From NCBI RefSeq assembly GCF_963506605.1, contig NC_083281.1, positions 78,306,001 to 78,370,000 of the forward strand: DNA of 64,000 nucleotides, read 5' to 3'. Origin of the DNA: Zootoca vivipara (lineage: Eukaryota). The notes under the pieces were generated by a model, which saw only the letters and a list, made by a program, of their open reading frames with translations, had not been told where the DNA came from and did not search any database. The position numbers and the translations under genes were made by a program. This document shows positions 1 through 12,732 of this stretch, one piece after another (the first letter of the stretch is position 1; the number at the start of each line of letters is the position of its first letter).

Positions 1-90
1 TAACCCAAGGTACTATTTCTGGGTTAGTGGAGTTTGTAACCTGAAGCGTCTGTATGTAACCTGAAGCATCTGTAACCCAATGTACCACTG
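1..90. mobile_element. End of Tigger/pogo-like (Tc1-mariner) MITE
   Basis: Ends in GTACCACTG followed by TA, the same TIR as elements at 7678, 21095 and 53348. Confidence 0.7.
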
Positions 91-999
91 TAAGGCTGGC
101 TAACCTTGAGTAGATCAATAAATTACACTTTTGTGGGTTAAATTAATGGGTGTATTTAAATAATAAACAACCCTGCAGATTGGGTTCCTTGTTTGGATTT
201 TGAGCAAAAGCAATTCATTTTCCACATTTGGTCTTTACATGTAAAATGGGAAGGGGTGCTTCCCCTGAAGGGCTGCAGTGAAGTTCAACACAATACACAA
301 CACAAGGAAGAGTAACATAAAATGAGGAGGTGTCTGCTCCGACACAAATATGAAGAGTTGTAGCCAATGAAGTCCTATTTAAATTCATGAACTTGAGGTA
401 TTCAACTCTGTTCATTTCAATGGGTCTTCTCTGAATAGGAATATTGCTGGATACAACCCAATGGGTTTTTATTATTGTACGAAAGATCTGGTCAAGCCAC
501 CAATTTCATACAGAGCCATTGAAAGGAACAATGAGGAACCATCCATCCCATTTTGGGAACTATCAATCAACTTTTGGCTGTCTTCTTTCAACCTGAGCAT
601 TCTCCTCCAGCATTCGAACAACAACAACAACATTTTTCCAGAAAAAATACTCAAAGTGCTTCCAAAAAAACCCCATTAAAACAGAAGCACAAAAACAGGA
701 ATAAGACAACCATAAACACACCAGGCCTGTTTATCCAAAAAAGCAAATCCCACTTAACTCAACACCCTACTGAAATTTAAGCAGGAAATTAAGATTATTT
801 TGTTTTAGATTCTAAAGTGCAGAATCCTCGTTCTTTTTCCCAGTGGACTGGAACGTTCCTGGTCATCTTACTAAATTATTCTAAGTGGAATAAGACACTG
901 GCAATGTATGTTTTATTTAATTTATTGCAAACACTGCCCCCACCAAAATACCCAAGGTGGAAGGAGAGTCCTCTGAGGTTATAGAGCTGGAAGCTCCAA

Positions 1000-1455
1000 T
1001 AGGGATGAGGGATAAATTTGGTTTGGTTCATTGTTTGCTGCAAAATTCCTTAATCCACACCTCCTGGTGCAATACATGAACCGAAACAACCACTACCTTC
1101 TGAAATTCACCATTCTCTGAATTTTGCAATGCAGTTTCCAGCTAAAGAAAGCATACAAAGATCTCCATCAAAATGCCTATATGATTGAAAATGACATACA
1201 GAAATGCTTATTATTAGGGTAAATTGCTTACAGATATGCATCCATTCGTCAAAATGGTATACAAAAGTGTGTGTGTGTGTGCGCGCGCGTGTGTGTTTAA
1301 AATACGAAATATACGATATATATATATATTTAAAATACGAAATGTGCACTTAAAATGCCCTGATGAGCTTTCATCAGGGCATTAAAAGAAATAAATGACA
1401 AAGTGGTGCAGAAATGAAGATGTAGGGGTGGGAATAAAACAAAAATCTATCCCAA
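1000..1455. mobile_element. Old non-autonomous DNA transposon (TAGGGATG-type termini, hAT-like)
   Basis: Starts TAGGGATGAGGG. The internal motif GAATTTTGCAATGCAGTT recurs near 15530, 27000 and 59075. Confidence 0.5.
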
Positions 1456-1779
1456 CTCAAGTAAGATTTTAAAGCAGCTCTTAATAAATGTGAATGGGTC
1501 AGGAATAAGATTTTCTGAAACTGATTCCATGTTCTGTAAATAGGATTGGCAGACAAGGCTCATCCTAAAGAGAGGCTGCTGTCTCTGGCACTGCCTTGAT
1601 GGGAGTGGCTGCAGCCACCCTGTCATTTTTCCAGAGCTCCACCCTCTGATCCCCATTGATATCATCTTTTAGATCCAGATTCCAGACCCTCAAGCAGCAG
1701 CAGTTAAGTTTCCTACTTGCTGGCCTGTTTAATCTCCTTTCCCCAATGTATCACAGACTACATTGTGCAGCCTTAAACA

Positions 1780-1950
1780 GAGTCATCTAAGCATCTGACG
1801 CCATCTAAGCTCAGTGTGGCGTACACTGACTGGCAGTGGCTCTCCAGGATTTCAGATGGGAATCCCTCCCAGTTGTACCTGGAGGTGCTGGGGATTGAAC
1901 CTGGTACGTTCTGCATGCAAGGCAGAAGCTCTTGCCTTGAGCCACAGCCC
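1780..1950 (-). mobile_element. tRNA-derived SINE (Squam2-like)
   Basis: TACACTGACTGGCAGTGGCTCTCCAGG…GGGATTGAACCTGG…TTCTGCATGCAA, repeated many times in the window. Confidence 0.7.
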
Positions 1951-2461
1951 TTCCCAGCCATCACCATGGTCACGATCCATTAAAGACCCTCCATGCTGGC
2001 CTAAAGCAAACAGAAGCTGTACCACAGTAACTTCTATTCATCTCCATGGGGGTCGTTCCTATTGGGCTCCTCTTGGACTGCAGACTAAAGCTTCTCAGGA
2101 AGTTATGGAATGCCCCTGTCATTATTTCCTGATCCAAAACGGCAGGTAAGGTTACCCCATCGAGAGTCTCCAGCTCAGTGGAAGGAAGTATTGAAAATCC
2201 CCTCACTATCCCCTTGTTTCACGCTCTATAATGTGATGCTTATACATTCTTTGGTAGCAGATTAAATGGCTAAGAAATAAAAACACCAAGAGAAAGCTGG
2301 GAGGGGAGAGGGGGAGAAGGAATAAGAAAAAGGGAACAAAGCCCCTAAGTGTCTAAGGCGAGCGGTTCAATCTTCAGGAGGGGTTTATGGGCTCCAGCAC
2401 CATGTGCCACACAATACAAGATAAACATCTGTTGTTATTTCAGTAAACCTAAATCAGATGT

Positions 2462-2465
<4 letters not shown>

Positions 2466-2510
<45 letters not shown>
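2466..2510. repeat. (TA)n microsatellite
   Basis: Directly visible. Confidence 0.95.
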
Positions 2511-2514
<4 letters not shown>

Positions 2515-4001
2515 AGGAGAAAAGTGGTACAACAGAGAGGCCTCCTCCTGTCCCCATTTATCAAGAGCAGCTTTATCCAGTGTGAAGGAGTTGCTGGCAA
2601 AGTCCTACTCAGAGTCGACCCCTTGAAATCAATGGACATTACCAACTTATGTTCATCGATTTCAACTGGTGTACTCTGAGTAGGTTTTAGCTTGGATACG
2701 ACCATGATGATGATCATCTGCTAGCCATTCTTAGTTTGGGAAGTATGTTATCCTTGGCCCCATTTTACAAATAGAAAGCCCAAGGCTTTTTGTGATTGAA
2801 GAGAGATCAAGGCCAATATTTCCTTGTTCAGGAGCAGAGGCACATAAATGGAGATGGGATGGAAAAGAGAGAGAGAGAGAGAAGAGGGGGAAAGGGAAGA
2901 AGAAAACCACCGTAGAAGGTCAAAATGGACATGCCAAAATGTTTCAAAACATCATGTTGGTCCTAGTGGGCAAACACCTGATAACTCTACTCTCTAGTGA
3001 CCCCCTCTGTAGACATATTGACAATTCAGGAAGCAAAGTCATTTCTCTTGGAAACTATTATGGTGCAACTCAAATCAAAGGTGGTTGTTCATTTTTAAAA
3101 AAAAAAACTGAGATGGTCCACCAAAATAACCAACAAAACCCGGCTTTGTCCTATAGGTATCTTGACCTGAGAGGTCTGAACAGTTAGGAAATCACTACTG
3201 TACTTGGCATTTTTTTTAAAAAAACACACACACATGCAGAAAAGGGTTAGTTTGCTTAATTGCCAACCCTGACAGCTTGTCTACTTTTCATCATTATACC
3301 CACGGCAGCGGGAAAAGTCGAGCTAAGTTAATATTCCAAGCTGTTTCTGTTTTCGACATATTAAAAGGCATATTATAGCTCAAGCACCAGACGGCATATG
3401 GAGTTCAGAGCTCGAATGCCTGAGGGTAAAGCTGTGAGGGGTTATGGTTGACCACGGGAGATGTTGTAAAAAGGAAATTTTGCAAGGTATGGTTCCAGGA
3501 GCTGTGGATTGCTGGGGCTTCTCAGCCATAGTACTTACCAGAAGCACAAATGAACTATAGACGGACTCCCGGATGAAGTTAACAGCGATCAGCTCTCATG
3601 TCCCGTTCCAGATGTGGCTCTCTGCAGTTTTTTAATTTGGAAATTCTGCAGCGTGCTCCAATTTAACAATGCTCTTCTAATGACCCCAAAATGTAAGAGC
3701 CGTTTTGGTTTCTTTTTCCTTTTTTTATATTTACCTTAGGAACATAGTGGAGGTGGGGGGGGGAGTAATGGACATATTTCAAGTTTCCTTTTATTAGATT
3801 TTTAATTAGTATGCAATTATGGGGGTGCAGGACCGTGTGGATACCTTAAAAAAAACAAAATAAAAAAGCAGAGAAACAGACACGCTGTTCTTTGCAAAAT
3901 CTGCTCTCTCCAGCAGCCCGTTGCAACTGTCTCAAATAATTCTGCTGCATGAGCATTTTCTGAGGCAGAATTGAGTCAGTGTGCAAAATATATACATCTA
4001 A

Positions 4002-4003
<2 letters not shown>

Positions 4004-4050
<47 letters not shown>
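4004..4050. repeat. (CA)n microsatellite
   Basis: Directly visible. Confidence 0.95.
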
Positions 4051-4051
<1 letters not shown>

Positions 4052-5601
4052 AAATGATCCTGGGAACTGTAGTTTCTTAAGGGGGCTGGGAATGTGCTCC
4101 ACATTTTTCCCACATCAGTTTGCGAAATGCTATATTTGTTCATTTGTTTATTTATTCATTACATACAAAAACTTTACATGGCTTGATTGTAAAACAAACA
4201 AACAAACAAAGCAGATTTTAAAAAGAATAGAATAATAGTATCACGGGGGGTGCAGTTCAAAACATCTATTTAAAACATTCAGAAGAATTAAAACGAACAA
4301 CAATCTGAAAACAGATTAAAATACACCAGCATACTAGATATCTGGGTAGGCTTATCTAAACAAAAAGGCTTTTAGCAGGCCCCAAAAAGAGTAAAGGGTA
4401 GGGGCAATTGCCTGATATCAACAGGCAGTGAGTTCCAAAGTGTTCCCTGCCGCACTAAAAAATGATTGATTACAAATGCAAAACGGGTATCAAGCGATTC
4501 GTATTTCTCCTCATATAACACTTTTTCATACGCACTTTTGCCTAACAACCTCCCCCCTCCCCTTTTGCAAGCAGTTTCCCCTAGTATAACGCATCCTTTG
4601 GGAGCAAGGGTGGGATAGATAGTTAATTAATTAATTAATATTTCGCATGCTATTTCTGTTAATATATGCATTTTATGGATTATTTCCCCATACACATCCT
4701 TGTTTTGGTTGCAGAACTGCATCGCGGCATTTGGAAACACACAGCCAGCGAAGGGCAGCTGTGCTTACGTCAAAGCCTTAGGCAGAGTCACATTAAAATG
4801 TGAATCAACACAAACACCCCCACCTTCACTTTCACTGGGACCATTTGTAAGAGAATCAAAAGAGTTATATGAATAAAATTATAAGAAGAAATACATAATG
4901 AAATACAGATTCTCATAACAGCAGCAGCATAAAAAATATGGGAGTATGGGAGGAGAAAATCAGCAGGAGGGAATCTAAAATACAGAAACAGTGCACAAAT
5001 ACAGAATTTTCTCTATTTCCATAGGTGGCTCTTAAACTCAGCCCCCACAGAAAATGACAGACCCCCCCCCACAGCTCTCACACCCTCCTACTGCAACAAG
5101 TTCCCCTCTCTCCCTGTCTCCCAGAACCAGGAGAGGCATGAAAAGAGCAAAGGAGAGATTGGCTGCAGGAAGGAGCAGTCTCTGATTGCTTGGGGAAAGT
5201 CCTGGAGAGGAGGAAACATAGACAGCTGTGGGGAAACATGAACCTTTAGTCTTGGCAACTGATTTCATGGAGGAATGCCCACCAGAATGGAGCTGCTGTG
5301 CCCATTAGTCCTGACCCTCAGCCGAGTCTGATTTCGCTAATAAAGTGTTAACTCCAACTTTGGATTGTGTGATTACTGACCGGCACGCTCTGCGATGTGT
5401 ATGTTTTTAAAACTTCCAATTTAATTTTGAAACATTTTAGGTTAACTTGTTATTAACATTAGATTTTATCGGTAATTCTACTTTATGTAAACCTCTAAAT
5501 TTTGATGATTAAATGGTATATAAATGCTGTTAAATTCTATTAAAATGATAGGGGCAGTGATGTCCATGAAATGTAAGCCCCAAATCCTCTTTGGTGTGCA
5601 G

Positions 5602-5651
<50 letters not shown>

Positions 5652-5903
5652 TTGTTTATACTTCACCCATCTGACTGGGTCTCTCCAGCTACTCTGGGCA
5701 GCTCCCAACAGAATATTAAAACACGATAAAACATCAGACATGAAAAATAAATTTCCCTAAACAGGGCTGCCTTCAGATGTCTTCTAAAAGTCACATAGTT
5801 GTTTATTTCCTTGACAACTGATGGGAAGGTGTTCAACATGGAGGGCGCCACTACCAAGAAGGCCCTCTGCCTGGTTCCCTGTAACCTCACTTCTCGCAGT
5901 GAG
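5602..5903 (-). mobile_element. L2-type LINE 3' fragment with (TAT)n tail
   Basis: Minus-strand ORF LREVRLQGTRQRAFLVVAPSMLNTFP…FRRHLKAALF resembles the L2 ORF2 C-terminus (RAFSVxAPxLWNxLP) and ends in an (AAT)n array at 5602-5651. Confidence 0.75.
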
Positions 5904-6402
5904 ATAGACACACCCCAGCCATTAAAATCTCCACTGACTGGCCCAAGACATTTGAGCTCCTGAGGGGGACCTCAAAATGATGCCCTCCTCCCCACCAGGG
6001 AAGAAGAGGTGAGGGAAGATCTACATGGGGAACAAGGGGGAAAGAAATGTCAACATTGGAATCTGCTGTCCTAGTGGATCATGCTGCTTGAGGCAGTCGC
6101 TTCACCTTGCCTCACGCCCTGCTTCAACGAGTTTATTGTGTTTGCTTAAGTGACAGGGGCAACATTGTGAAGTGGAAGGGGAGAGATGTAAAAATGAATG
6201 CCTTGCGCACACCAAAAATGGCAGAAAGATCCCAGAGGATCTGGCTCGAATGAAATGCAACTTGCAAAAGTCATATTACTCTCCTCCTGGCTGCCGCTCA
6301 CAGAATTATTTGTTTTGATGTCGTCGGCAGCCTTGCCCCTTACTTGCAAATTGCTTAGTCAATACTGTTTTTTAAATATGTTGGAGAGAAGCATTCCAAA
6401 GC

Positions 6403-6406
<4 letters not shown>

Positions 6407-6456
<50 letters not shown>
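6407..6456. repeat. (CA)n microsatellite
   Basis: Directly visible. Confidence 0.95.
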
Positions 6457-6458
<2 letters not shown>

Positions 6459-6897
6459 AAAGTCTGAATTAGCAGTGACAGCCAAGGGGTATTGGCAGGG
6501 GTCAATTAAAAACAAAAAAGAAGAAGTTAACATTCTGGATATTATAAACTTGTTCTTTTATGATGGAAGCCTGGTGCTCTCAGTTCTTGTTAAGGGTCTA
6601 TAAAACATTTCCATTAGAATCACCAGGTAGGCAAAGGGGAGGCTCGTTTAAAATAAATCCTGCTAGAAACTTCACCCTGAGGCATTGGTACAAAGCTGCC
6701 ATCCAAGGTTTTAAACCCTGAAATGCTTTGTAGATGCTCTGCCACGAGAGACCATTAAGTGGCACATACTCTATTGAAAGTCTGAGAGGCTCTCCCTGAT
6801 ACAGACATTCTCAATGACTTCCATTCATTTCAATCATGCTTATGCAAGACATTCTCCTCTGTGGGTCAAGCCTGAAGCCAGCTAGTTTAATAGCTAA

Positions 6898-6933
<36 letters not shown>
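6898..6933. repeat. (ATG)n microsatellite
   Basis: Directly visible. Confidence 0.95.
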
Positions 6934-7069
6934 TTTCATTGCCTTTCACCAACATCTCAAGGCAATGCACAAAATTCAATAGAAACGGCTTTTAAAGGTT
7001 TAAAACAACACAGAAAATAGGAGCCACTAAATAGACATTCATAGCAAATACCCATTTACCCAGCTTGGC

Positions 7070-7236
7070 AACTGTCTTCTGTTGTTTCCAGAAAATGCAG
7101 TGACAGGACGCTGTTCCACAGAACAGGGGCAGCCACACTAAGAAACCTAAGCAAAACTGTCTTCTGTTGTTTCCAGAAAATGCAGTGACAGGACGCTGTT
7201 CCACAGAACTGGGGCAGCCACACTAAGAAACCTAAG
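7070..7236. repeat. 82-bp tandem duplication (period 85) inside a degraded L2-like fragment
   Basis: 7070-7151 and 7155-7236 are identical except for one base. The minus-strand translation includes FLSVAAPVLWNSV. Confidence 0.9.
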
Positions 7237-7301
7237 GAGTGGGCCTCTGAGATCTTTGCGAACATCCCACTTGTATATGTGGTGCTCAGGCAGTAGAAGG
7301 T

Positions 7302-7439
7302 CATAGAATCATAGAGTTGGAAGGCACCCTGAAGAACACCTAATCCAACTTCCTGCCATATGCAGCTATCCCATGCGGGGATTGATCCTGCAACCTTGGC
7401 ATTATCAGCACCAGACTCTAACCAACTGAGCTATCCAGG
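7302..7439 (-). mobile_element. tRNA-Ile-derived SINE with CR1 3' tail
   Basis: Minus strand has GATAGCTCAGTTGGTTAGAG…GGTGCTGATAA…AAGGTTGCAGGATCAATCCCC, then a CR1-type tail (TTCCAACTCTATGATTCTATGA). Confidence 0.7.
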
Positions 7440-7677
7440 ATGATGGAGAAGCTCCCCCACAGATCTCAGTGACCTACTGGGTATATATGGGAGGAGGCCA
7501 CATCTCGCTCTCTTTTAAACCATTGCAGCCTATTCAAAGTCAAGCGCGTGCAAACACACCACAAGTGTGTGCCACAACCTGTTCCATTGGCTACAGCAGA
7601 ATGCTCATTTCAGGCCTAATTTCAGTAGTGGGAGGGGAAACTGTGAGTGCCAGGGAAGGTGTCTACGAGTCCATGAA

Positions 7678-7961
7678 CAGTGGTACCTCGCAAGACGAAT
7701 GCCCTGCAAGATGATTTTTTCGCAAGATGAATGCGTCTTGTGATCTGATGGTGACTCGCAAGACGAATTCATTTTGCGAAAATTCGTCTTGCGAATCACA
7801 TTTTCCCATAGGAATACATTGAAATTTAATTAATGCGTTCCTATGGGCAAAAAAAGAAATTTCAGTGCATTCCTATGGGAAACCGCGATTCGCAAGATGA
7901 GTTTTTCGCAAAACGAATTGACTCACGGAACGAATTAAATTCGTCTTGCGAGGCACCGCTG
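7678..7961. mobile_element. Tigger/pogo-like MITE
   Basis: TIRs CAGTGGTACCTCGCAAGACGAAT / ATTCGTCTTGCGAGGCACCGCTG followed by TA, with internal subterminal repeats. Confidence 0.85.
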
Positions 7962-7994
7962 TATTCCAGTAGGAGCCTCATTGATAGCGTAGTC

Positions 7995-8130
7995 CAGGCA
8001 TCCCCAAACTGCGGCCCTCCAGATGTTTTGGTCTACAACTCCCATGATCCCTAGTTAACAGGACCAGTGGTTGGGGAAGATGGGAATTGTAGTCCAAAAC
8101 ATCTGGAGGGCCGAAGTTTGGGGATGCCTG
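7995..8130. mobile_element. 136-bp hAT (Charlie-like) MITE
   Basis: TIRs CAGGCATCCCCAAACT / AGTTTGGGGATGCCTG, palindromic body, degenerate 8-bp TSD GCGTAGTC/GCTTAGCC. Confidence 0.85.
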
Positions 8131-8484
8131 GCTTAGCCTAAAGCAAGGATATTCTTTCTGCAACCCCCAAACAGAGCAGAGTCAACTTACCACCTTCCAA
8201 AGTAAATACACATGGCCATCTAGAAAGTGTGTGTGTGTGTGCGTGCGCGCGCATGCATAACACCATTAAGCTAGAGACTAAGAACACATCACTAGATTGC
8301 TGCAGAGATTACAGGTGGGCATATAAAACATGGCTTGTTCCAAGGATGGACTGGTGGATCCAACAGCTGGGCAGCTAGCCTTGCCCCCAGGTGTGTCGGA
8401 AGTGGGATAAGGTTCGGAAGATTGAAGGCACCCAGGATGAACATGCAGTACCCCTGTGCTGAGCGCATCTTGTCACATAGTACT

Positions 8485-8975
8485 GGAACATAGGGACATG
8501 CCTTATTCCAAGTCTTTCATTCATCTAGCTCAATATTGTCTACACTGACTGACAGCAGCTCTCCAGGGTTTCCGAGCAGGGTCACTCCCAGCCTTACTTG
8601 GAGATCCTGGGGGGGTCAAACCTGGGACTTCCTGCATACAAAGCAGATGCTCTGCCACTGAGCTATGAATCTGCCCCAATTGATGCTTGCTCTGATTCAG
8701 ACCATTCTTCTGTGTTCATCAGAGGAGAAAATCTATCCATGCCTGAGTGGGCTTCTAGACTGGGCATCATGGACGCCTCAGGAGAGATGACAGAGGACAA
8801 GGGGACAGAAGGACAAGTTGCAGAAGAAAATTACCAGCATTTGTCCATTTAGCTTGTCTACACTGCCACCAGCTCTCCAGGCTCTCAGACCCTTCCCAGC
8901 CCTAGCTGGAGATGCCGCAGATTGAACCTGGAACCTTCTGCATCCAAAGCATATGTTCTGCCCCAGAACTATGGC
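8485..8975 (-). mobile_element. Two Squam2-like SINE copies (about 8485-8670 and 8840-8975)
   Basis: Same motifs as the copy at 1780. Confidence 0.65.
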
Positions 8976-10311
8976 TGTTGTTGACAGTTAATATGGGAAG
9001 CTACCTTCTACTGAGTCAAACCATTGGGTATTTCTACCTCAAGTGAGAAAAGGACCAACCTTTGTGTAATCAAGCCCTGGGAAATTATGGGATAACCAAG
9101 CACTGAAAACATATGGAATGCTTATGTCTATATGGAAGTGACACTTAGATTATACTTTTTTATTAAGCCTTTAAAATAAAATAATAAGTTGTTAGCAGCA
9201 TGCCCGCTGGGAAAGATAAACTTTCTTTTCTAAGAAAACAAAAAAGCCTTCTCAATTCTCTCCTTTCCTACCTTTATACCAGTTCCTGGGAACAGTAGTG
9301 GGGAGAGCCACTGTTGTTCTCAGAACCTGATTGCCAGCTTCCCAGAGACATCTAGTTGGCCTCTTTGAGAATAGGATGCTGGTCCAGACGGGCCTTTGGC
9401 CTGATCCAGCAGGACTGGATAGCAGAGGGTTGGACTAGATGGTCCTTGAGGTCTCATCCACCTCCACAGTTCTATGATTCTACTACTCTTCTTACATACT
9501 TGCAGTTCCCAATTGTGCATTACGTATTCAATCTGGGAGAAGTTCTGGATTCCAGCACAAAAGCCAAGGTGGCCAGTTTTGAAGAAAAACTCTCAAGTGA
9601 AATTTGGGCAGTTTTTCATGCAACTGATCAGGAATAGGAGATCAGGGGTAAGTTCTCCCCATTCCTCTCTCCTTTCTCCTAAGCATGACTCTGCCGAACT
9701 GGATTCTCCTTGCAGCTGTGGCTTGCAGTCAACTCATTAACATTACTTAGGCATCATTTTTTATAGCTGAATTATACTATGTTTATACTGCCGAATTCCA
9801 TTACTTAATTGCTTCACTACTGGAAAGTTCGGGGGGGTCTCTCTCTCTCTCTCTCTCTTTCGCCTAAGTCGCAGGGATAAACAAGTTTCTGTACTCCGCT
9901 GCCCTAATTAACTGCATATTTCATATGAACGGCTGGCGTAGAAAAATTAAGCAGAAGAGCAGTTGTTTAATCAAACTGGAAACTCACCCAGCATGGAAGT
10001 GGGTAAACCTCAGAAGATATGTGCTTCAGGTAAGGGGCTACCCATGGCTCTGGGATGCATTAAAAAAGAAAAATGGCCTACAGAAATGACAGTGACAAAA
10101 TCCGCACACTTCCACACGCCGGCTGTAAAAGCAGACACAGCAACAGGTTTATTTACTTGGGGGAGTTCGGGTATCAGCCCCAGCAGAACCACAGCTTAAG
10201 ACCATGGGACCTATTGCTGGGGCTCATCCTGCCCAATTTCAAGTTCCTCCATAATGCTGTTTGTCCCTATTAAAATGGTGGGGGGGGGGAGTTTGCCACA
10301 ACTTCCTCCCC

Positions 10312-10570
10312 TAAGGTTCCCATTTGTCCAGAATTTCCCAGACATAGCTGGGATTTAGTCATCAAAAAAGTGCCCAGGCAGAAATCGCTTAAATATCCGG
10401 GAAAATCCAGACGTATTAGCACCCATGTCGGAAGTGAATTTTGGGCAAATTTCATTTTAAAATAGCTGAAAACTCAGATGTTGTTGTTTTGAGATTTTGC
10501 AAAATAAAAACTTCAACAACTTTGGCAAGAAAAAACCCAACACACAACTTTTTGAAATATGGCAACCCTA
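10312..10570. mobile_element. Non-autonomous hAT (TAGGGTTGCCA-type TIR)
   Basis: TAAGGTTCCCAT … ATATGGCAACCCTA; TSD TCCTCCCC/TCCTCCCT. Confidence 0.75.
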
Positions 10571-10681
10571 TCCTCCCTTGAAAAAGAGAGGAGAGTTGGT
10601 TCAGTGGGGGGGGGGGCATGGCTTACGACATGGGCTTCCCCCACCCCAATAAAGAAGATGTGAAGCCCAGGCTATTTAATC

Positions 10682-10849
10682 CAGTGCTTTTTTCCTTTAA
10701 AAAAAATGTTTAGAGGTACTCTCATTTTGACTCAAGAAAATCACCATTTTATAGTTCAAATTGGGGAAAAATAAATACAGTAAGTGGACAAAAGTACAAA
10801 GATTCACAAAATGTTTAGGGGTATGCGTACCCCCCAGAAAAAAGCACTG
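10682..10849. mobile_element. Non-autonomous hAT MITE
   Basis: TIRs CAGTGCTTTTTT / AAAAAAGCACTG; TSD ATTTAATC/ATTCAATC. Confidence 0.8.
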
Positions 10850-12732
10850 ATTCAATCCAGCTCCTCCCCACACTCCTCCCTCTTTTTCTTGCAACACCCA
10901 CCCGCCTGCCCCTTGCAGCAAATTTTGATTTGGTGGGGGTCTGAGAAAGAGGAGGGTGTCCTTCTGACCAGTGTCAGAAACTCAGATATATACAGTAAGT
11001 TGGGCATCAATGGGCTCTCTAAACCAGGGTTATCATCACCAAAATGAAATGCCTAGTTGCCATTTGGGGGCCAGGCGGTTTGAAAGTCGTATTTTTCAAT
11101 ATGACTTTTGGGTTCCTGAAATTCATTCTCATGCAGACAAGATATAATGGATAGAATTCTACAGGATGTGTTGTTAGTATGTGAAAACAGTCTAGCTCCA
11201 ACGCTCTCCAGGCATGCACTTCCTGGCACCCGGGCATCTTCACTTGGTCGCAAGGGGCTCATAGTAGCCAGGTGCAAAACGTGCCTGGCGAATTTCAAAA
11301 GCTGCTTCTGACTTTACAGCGGAAAGGACAAAAACACTTCTCAATCTCAGCCCAAGCGGCACATCCGGTCGTGTACATCTATTCCAGTGGTTGGTAGGGT
11401 CAAAAGTAGGCGGAGCAATGAAAACAACTTCTCTTTTTGTTCAGCAGACAAGTTTCTAAACGCACCCCTTTCTGTCCCCAACAAGCAAGAGGCATGGTCA
11501 GGGTTAAGGACATGTTCTATTGGGGTGCAAAGCAGAACCAGCGAGGGGTATGGCCTGCTGAGAGTTCTGAGGGCCAGGTAAGAGAGACCCAAAGCTCTCA
11601 TTCAGACCACAAGCCTGAGGATCCCCACCCTGGTTTCTGAAATGGGACAGCTGTCCATTGCTACCAGATCAGCCCCGAATGGGAAATAATCCAGTGATGG
11701 CGAGTATTTTTCTGTCTCCATGCAGCTCGTAACCCTATGCGGCTCCTCATCTCTGTGGGCACCTCACCCAAATAGCAAAGTACGGCACCAATGCCAACTT
11801 TTATTTACATCTCGGCTCATTAGCTTAAGAGCCGTTTAAGTGGGAGGGACGGGGGGGGGGGAATAGCTTCTTTAGGCAAAAGTAAAATGAGCCAAGAGAC
11901 AGAGAACTAGCTAAAGCATCTCAAAGCAATTCTGTTTTTGGCCGAATAAACACACTGAGGATTCTTTGACAGAGGGGAGAGGGAAAGCAAAGTCAAATTC
12001 CTTTATCCTCATGCCTTCCACCACCACCACCACCCAACACCACCACACACTTTCCCTTCACAATGTAATACACTGTTTGGTGGGCTGGCGAGGGGCACAT
12101 CCCCCGAGACCCCAACAGAATCTAGGCCTTTGGTAATGGATTCCTAATACCCAACGCTCCTGTCAACCTCTTTCCCATTTCCCTTTGAACGAGGGTAGTC
12201 TGTCGGGATCAGAAAGGGAAAAAAGCAATTTAAAACCCCTGGTAAAGGGAGACCGCGAGGTAAAGAGGGAAGAATGATCCCTTATCAAGGCTGCCAATGG
12301 AGATGACCCCACTGGTGCGGACAGGATGCCCTTCAATGCCTAACTTACCCCATTATTAGAAGATGATATTCTATAACCAACAAAGGCCTTTTTTTAAAAG
12401 AAGTATCAGTCTAACCTTTTTTTTAAAGGGGGGGGAAGATTAACACCTAGGAGGGAGGGGAGAAAGGGAACTCTATTTGGCTCGTCTACCCTGGAATTCC
12501 TTGGGATGAAACACGATAGTTCTCAGCTTCAGTTGACTGGACCAAGTCGCTGGAGGCTGGGCCTGCTCAGTGCTCTATAAGAAGGAAAAGGAACACAGCC
12601 TGGCATATAGGCTATGGGGTGGCTCCTAAAAAGCAGCAGAGGGCTGGTCCAGGAGGGCAAATGGGGCACTGCCCCACCAACCTCAGTCTGCCCTGAACAA
12701 CAGTCACCACTGCTAACATTCCCTAAAAGTTC

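Noticed and set aside
7370-7439. tRNA-Ile gene
   Set aside because: The T-loop and acceptor stem are degenerate and it is fused to a CR1 tail, so it is a SINE head. The same applies to other tRNA-like SINE heads.
7678-7961. CRISPR-like repeat array (TCGCAAGACGAA units)
   Set aside because: Vertebrate DNA, irregular spacing and mixed orientation, bounded by TIRs. These are transposon subterminal repeats, and there are no cas genes.
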